From assembly GCA_977020255.1 (NCBI GenBank), contig CDROCS010000253.1, positions 620,001-684,000 on the forward strand: DNA of 64,000 nt, written 5' to 3'. Below the pieces are notes generated by a model that saw nothing but the letters and a program-made list of their open reading frames with translations, had not been told where the DNA came from and searched no databases. The translations under genes were made by a program, and so were the position numbers. Positions 59,396 to 64,000 of this stretch are shown here, in pieces. The stretch's first letter is position 1; every line of letters begins with the position of its first letter. Source of the stretch: Obrimoposthia wandeli. Lineage: Eukaryota.

Positions 59396-59534
59396 CGTAA
59401 TTATGTAGCCATAAAGCTAGCTGTTATTGATTTTTTAGCACCCATATGGGGGTTAATTAAAAAACTAAAATACATTAGATTGTATTTGATTTGATTTAAT
59501 TTAAAAAACCATAAAACCATAAAAAAGGAATAAC

Positions 59535-60200
59535 ATGAAAAAAATTAAATTGTTAGCAGCAGCACTCGCACTTACGGCTATAGCCCCCCTTACCCATGCA
59601 GAAGTAAGTGTTACCGGCACATTAACCTCAGATTACGTATTCCGAGGTGTTAGTCAAACAGATAGCTCTCCAGCTATCCAAGCTAGTTTAGATTACGAAC
59701 ATGAAAGTGGATTTTTTGCCGGTGCTTGGGCATCAAATGTCGACTTCGAAGATGATGCTAATGCAGAAATTGATTTCTACGCCGGTTACTTTGGTGAAAT
59801 TAATGACACTTTTTCTTATGATGTTATGTATAACTACTACACCTATCAAGGTTACAGTTCAGCAGATGATTCTGATTACGGCGAGTTCCTTTTTAATGCT
59901 TATGTTAACTCGTTCACGTTAGGCCTTGGTTATGCTTCTGATTATGTAAATACCGGTGATTCAGCACAGTATGTTTCCGTGGCTTATGATATCGAACTTC
60001 CTAGAGAGTATGCCTTAACTTTACAGGCCGGCTATACCATGGGTGATGCATTTGACGATGCCGAGTATGTAGATTACAGCGCAACGGTTGCAAAAACATT
60101 TTACGATTTTGATTTTACTGCTGCGGTTATAAATACTGATATTGATGACGTAGACACAGCTGACTTCCGCTTTGTTTTAGGTGTTTCTCGTACATTTTAA
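59535..60200 (+). CDS. TorF/TIGR02001(Gcw_chp)-like putative outer-membrane porin
   Basis: Signal peptide; SDYVFRGVSQT...PAIQASLDY, GAWASNV and EIDFYAGY motifs; terminal Phe. Confidence 0.85.
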   Translation: MKKIKLLAAALALTAIAPLTHAEVSVTGTLTSDYVFRGVSQTDSSPAIQASLDYEHESGFFAGAWASNVDFEDDANAEIDFYAGYFGEINDTFSYDVMYNYYTYQGYSSADDSDYGEFLFNAYVNSFTLGLGYASDYVNTGDSAQYVSVAYDIELPREYALTLQAGYTMGDAFDDAEYVDYSATVAKTFYDFDFTAAVINTDIDDVDTADFRFVLGVSRTF

Positions 60201-60240
60201 GCACTTTGTTCACCTAACGTGAAATCTGTTTGCTTTACAT

Positions 60241-60274
60241 TTAGCCTGCTTGTCAAAAAGCAGGCTAATTTTTT
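60241..60274 (+). terminator. Intrinsic terminator
   Basis: TTAGCCTGCTT-loop-AAGCAGGCTAA followed by a T-run. Confidence 0.8.
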
Positions 60275-60597
60275 ATCTGAATATTTTGGTCATCAAAGAC
60301 GATGGACGATAAAATTATATCGCCGATGATGCCATCTGCATTGAGACGAAAGGTGTCAAAGTTAATCTCTCCACCTCGCTATTTACTGTCATCTTTAATA
60401 TCTGTCTTTAGTTAGTTTTTTTACTGTTAAAGCCCATCACTTTTTTGTGTACCTGAGAGTGATCCATCAGCCCAAGCTCATACATTTTTCATAATTAATC
60501 ACTTTTACAGACACACAATATAAATACGAATAAATATCATTTGCATTAAGTTTAAAGGATGTGTACGATGACGCCTTTATAATTTAGAGACTTAAAA

Positions 60598-61224
60598 ATG
60601 CAGTACTTAATTAAGGGATTAACCTTACTGATTTTAATCGCATCATCAGCTACTCAAGCAAGTGTGATGAGCTATAAAGATTTTACTTTTAATAACGATA
60701 CCAATTATGTATCTGGTGCTGGCAGTCAATGGCTGCGATGGACTGAAACAGAGAATATGAGTATTGAGGAAGTGTTAGCGAATAATGATTTGCAGGCCCA
60801 AGGTTGGCAGGTGGCAAATAAAACAAAGGTGTTATCTCTATTTAATACTTGGTTTGATAAGGATCGTCTGTTTAAGCTATTTCCTAGCGATGAACAGCTA
60901 ACAGCTCAGCAAACATTTATTGAGTTCTTTGGTAAAACTGATGAAGCATATGACCGTTACTACGGGAATTTTATAACTAAAAGTAATTCGTTATTTATGA
61001 ATGAGCAGGGTAAAGCGAGTTTAGCTGAAGTATGGATTGATGGTGATTTTATCAATTTTGAAGTTGATTCAACTTTTAATGAAGCATTAACATATCGTAG
61101 TGACGCCATCGGTATATTTTTAGTACGTAATGATAATGTTACAGTACCGACACCGACGTCTTGGTTGCTACTGATTACTGGTTTGTTAGCTTTATCACGT
61201 AAGCAATACCTAGCGAGTAAGTAA
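60598..61224 (+). CDS. Secreted protein with PEP-CTERM-like (VPTP) sorting tail
   Basis: Signal peptide ...TQA|SV; WLRWTET motif; C-terminal VPTPTSWLLLITGLLALSRK. Confidence 0.75.
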   Translation: MQYLIKGLTLLILIASSATQASVMSYKDFTFNNDTNYVSGAGSQWLRWTETENMSIEEVLANNDLQAQGWQVANKTKVLSLFNTWFDKDRLFKLFPSDEQLTAQQTFIEFFGKTDEAYDRYYGNFITKSNSLFMNEQGKASLAEVWIDGDFINFEVDSTFNEALTYRSDAIGIFLVRNDNVTVPTPTSWLLLITGLLALSRKQYLASK

Positions 61225-61239
61225 ACAATATTAAGTGAC

Positions 61240-61269
61240 AAAAGGATAACCTTCAAATGTTATCCTTTT
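61240..61269. terminator. Bidirectional intrinsic terminator
   Basis: AAAAGGATAAC-loop-GTTATCCTTTT between convergent genes. Confidence 0.8.
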
Positions 61270-61444
61270 ATATTCTAACTATAATAATTCTATACTCTGT
61301 TATGGGAGACAGACAAGCCAGTTTATTGATATCAAATTTTGTCAGCTTTCTTAGGTTAGAGGTAATATTAATTGAGCTGAATATAACCCTTATCGGGTTA
61401 TATTCATAATGACAGTAATAACAACTATCATTTTGTAGTAACGT

Positions 61445-64000
61445 TTATAGCGCTTTACTCGTTGTCGCTTTATCCACTAGATAAAGAATGGATTGGTAAT
61501 CTATCCCCGCATGATGTGATAAACCTATTTCGCAGGTTCTGCTATTGCTATAGCCAACAGAGCAATCTTTCGGTACTTGTTCTTTTAAGGTTGCTAAGGC
61601 ATTTTCGTTCAACTCTGGGGTAGTAAAACCTTTATCTCCGGCAAAACCGCAACACTGAATATTTTCAGGAATAACAACATTATTACTACATAACTTGGCA
61701 AGTTGCTGCATTTTATCGGTTAAGCCCATACGCCTGCTGCTACAAGTAACATGCAACATGATGCTGTCGTTTAATGGTTTAAAGGTTAAATACTCAGCCA
61801 ATACGTCTGCGACAAAACCTACGGGTTCATAAAGGGATAACTTTGCTGTTGCTTCCACATCTTCAAGTAACATAGATTTACAGGGGCTTGTATCAATTAA
61901 AATAGGGTACTGCCCATTGTTACTCAACTCAGTTAGCATGGTTAGCAGTGAACTTCTTTTCTGATTAGCCTGGTCAAACATGCCTTTACTATTAAATGGC
62001 ATACCACAGCACTCGCCAGTAAAGTCAGGGCTAATCACATCAAACCCTGCTTTTGCTAACACCGCATAAGTCACTTCGGTTAATGAACGTTGTTCAGTTG
62101 CATCAACTGCTTGCCCCATACTTCTACTGGCACAGCTTGGTATATAAACCACTTTAGGTTTCGCGCTATCTTTGCTTGAAGCTAATTTTGGTTGATAGTT
62201 CGCTTTACTTGGTAGGTGCTTTGTCCACAATGGAATGTTATTTACGGAAAGTTTGCGCACAGCTCCCGTTAAACCACCCATGACTTTATTACCAAGCAAA
62301 CGTTGACTGAAACCAGCAATAGCTAAGGAAGCCCGGGTCATTTTTTCGATGCTAGCAAAGTTATTAGCCAGCTTTTTTGATAACCCTTGGTGTTTAGTGT
62401 TTTTAACGTGACGCAGCTCTCTAATAAGATCACCGGTATTAATACCAACAGGGCAACGATCTGCACACAAACCTGTCGCCGCACAGGTATCAATGCCTAA
62501 ATAATTGAAGTCTTTTTCAAGTTCACTTAACAATTCAGGATTATCACCTGAAGCGGTTAAACGACTGATTTCACGATACGTGGTAATGCGTTGTCTTGGT
62601 GTTAGGCTCAGCCCTTTTGAAGGGCACACTGGCTCACAAAAGCCGCATTCAATACATTTATCGACAATATCATTTGCCGCAGGCAAGTTTTTTAAGTTTT
62701 TAATGTGAGCTAATGGATCATCGTTAATGATAACTCCGGGGTTAAGTAAATTACTTGGATCAAATAAGGTTTTTATTTTTTGCATTAAAGCAAAGCCTTG
62801 TTCACCCCATTCTAATTCAATGAACGGCGCCATGTTTCGCCCAGTGCCATGCTCAGCTTTCAATGAGCCTTGGTAATCTACCGCCACCAGCTGACAAACA
62901 TCATCCATAAAAGCTTGATATCGGTCTACCTCTGCTTGCGTTGAGAAATCCTGTGTAAAAACAAAATGTAGATTACCATCAAGAGCATGGCCAAAAATAA
63001 TGGCTTCATCATAATGATATTTCTCAAAAAGGGCCTGTAATTTAGCAACCGCATCAGCAAGTTGTTCAACAGGAAAAGCAACATCTTCAATGATGACGGT
63101 AGTACCTGTTTCGCGTACGGCACCAACCGCAGGGAACGTACCTTTTCGAATAGCCCAAAGTTGTGAATACTCACTTGCTACATCAGTGAATTTAATCACG
63201 TTGGTTTGCTCAAAATCACTTAATAACGTTTCTAAGTCCGCTATTTGCGCAGTTAATAACTGTTGATTGGCAGCGCGCGTTTCAATCAATAATGCACCAA
63301 CGTTGTGGTCGAGTGTTTTTATGAATTCAGGCAAACCCGGCATATCACTGACAGAAGCTAACGATCTCCTGTCCATTAATTCAACGGCAGATACATTTGC
63401 ATCCGCTAAAGCACTTACCGCTGAGCAGGTTGTTTGCATGTCAGGAAAAAATACTATCGACGAGGCACGGTATTTATGCTCAACCACAGTGTTATAGGTA
63501 ATTGAAGAAATAAAACCTAAGGTGCCTTCTGAGCCAATCATCAAATGGGCAAGAATATCAATAGGATCCTCAAAATCAACCAAGGCATTAATGGCATAAC
63601 CTGTGGTGTTTTTTAAGCGATATTTATGTTTAATTAATTGACTTAATTTTTCATTACAACGGGTTTGAACAGCCAGTGTATTTAGACGGTCTAAGAGTGC
63701 CTCATGGCTCTCTTTAAACGCTGAAACACTCGCCTGATCAGCGGTATCAAGTACGCTACCATCATGTAAAACTAGTCGAATATTATCAAGTGTATGGTAA
63801 CTATTTTGCGCGACACCACAACACATACCACTGGCATTATTAGCGGCAATACCTGCGACTTTACAGGTATTAATCGAAGCAGGATCTGGACCTATTTTTC
63901 GCCCGTAAGGGTATAAATATTTATTCGCATCAGCACCTATAACACCTGGGCCTAATTTGATTTTTAAGCCGAGATCTACTATTTCATGATCACGCCAATT
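61445..64000 (-). CDS. dld: FAD/Fe-S D-lactate dehydrogenase (Dld-II type), 5' end outside window
   Basis: The frame stays open to the window edge (…GPDPASINTCKVAGIAANNASGMCCG); GHALDGNLHF, EHGTGRNM, CIECGFCEPVCPS and CCG domains. Confidence 0.85.
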   Translation of the reverse strand, partial: NWRDHEIVDLGLKIKLGPGVIGADANKYLYPYGRKIGPDPASINTCKVAGIAANNASGMCCGVAQNSYHTLDNIRLVLHDGSVLDTADQASVSAFKESHEALLDRLNTLAVQTRCNEKLSQLIKHKYRLKNTTGYAINALVDFEDPIDILAHLMIGSEGTLGFISSITYNTVVEHKYRASSIVFFPDMQTTCSAVSALADANVSAVELMDRRSLASVSDMPGLPEFIKTLDHNVGALLIETRAANQQLLTAQIADLETLLSDFEQTNVIKFTDVASEYSQLWAIRKGTFPAVGAVRETGTTVIIEDVAFPVEQLADAVAKLQALFEKYHYDEAIIFGHALDGNLHFVFTQDFSTQAEVDRYQAFMDDVCQLVAVDYQGSLKAEHGTGRNMAPFIELEWGEQGFALMQKIKTLFDPSNLLNPGVIINDDPLAHIKNLKNLPAANDIVDKCIECGFCEPVCPSKGLSLTPRQRITTYREISRLTASGDNPELLSELEKDFNYLGIDTCAATGLCADRCPVGINTGDLIRELRHVKNTKHQGLSKKLANNFASIEKMTRASLAIAGFSQRLLGNKVMGGLTGAVRKLSVNNIPLWTKHLPSKANYQPKLASSKDSAKPKVVYIPSCASRSMGQAVDATEQRSLTEVTYAVLAKAGFDVISPDFTGECCGMPFNSKGMFDQANQKRSSLLTMLTELSNNGQYPILIDTSPCKSMLLEDVEATAKLSLYEPVGFVADVLAEYLTFKPLNDSIMLHVTCSSRRMGLTDKMQQLAKLCSNNVVIPENIQCCGFAGDKGFTTPELNENALATLKEQVPKDCSVGYSNSRTCEIGLSHHAGIDYQSILYLVDKATTSKAL

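Noticed and set aside
233-63497. Many 60-115 aa ORFs in the track that overlap real genes (e.g. 950-1219, 22714-23010, 38480-38743, 53256-53609, 54435-54674)
   Set aside because: They are antisense or alternative-frame shadows of well-supported genes, tRNAs or repeats, with no RBS or family motif.
1-64000. CRISPR array or autonomous IS
   Set aside because: The repeats are dispersed and have terminal inverted repeats rather than regular spacers; no cas or transposase ORF is present.
61445-64000. Dld-II as a D-2-hydroxyglutarate enzyme linked to the glutarate operon
   Set aside because: GlaH yields the L-isomer, which LhgO handles; this gene is separately terminated and looks like an ordinary D-lactate dehydrogenase.

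Overview
AT-rich marine gammaproteobacterial chromosome segment. Gene content and repeat families suggest Colwellia or a close Alteromonadales relative (inference). From left to right: (1) the hemJ 3' end, a GlyGly-CTERM S1 protease with an inserted PA domain, pyrB and hemL. (2) A complete molybdenum-cofactor locus: moeA divergent from a Moco-riboswitch-led moaA-mobA-moaBCDE-modABC-moeB operon. (3) A lipoprotein-type oligopeptidase B and an RND efflux operon. (4) An AT-richer iron-uptake module: PfeRS/PirRS-like two-component system, Fur boxes, a FetA/VctA-like TonB receptor, a probable DUF3450 fragment, and PepSY-TM/DUF2271/DUF4198. (5) tRNA-His and tRNA-Pro, then a PEP-CTERM gene with a sigma-54-type promoter. 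(6) A ~26 kb diamine-to-dicarboxylate catabolic cluster: SSAT-like GNAT; one gcdH/CoA-transferase/glaH/lhgO operon holding both glutarate routes; spuC-gabT-gabD; an ALDH; potFGHI; puuABDR; a TorF-like porin. (7) A VPxP-CTERM protein and the 3' part of an Fe-S D-lactate dehydrogenase. Intergenic DNA carries at least nine copies or fragments of two MITE-like families (ERIC-like TATACCCG ends and ATACCAA ends). These share a 55-bp core and show modular insertion, inversion and deletion. No CRISPR, rRNA, transposase, integrase or prophage was seen. Family assignments come from recalled motifs, not database searches.
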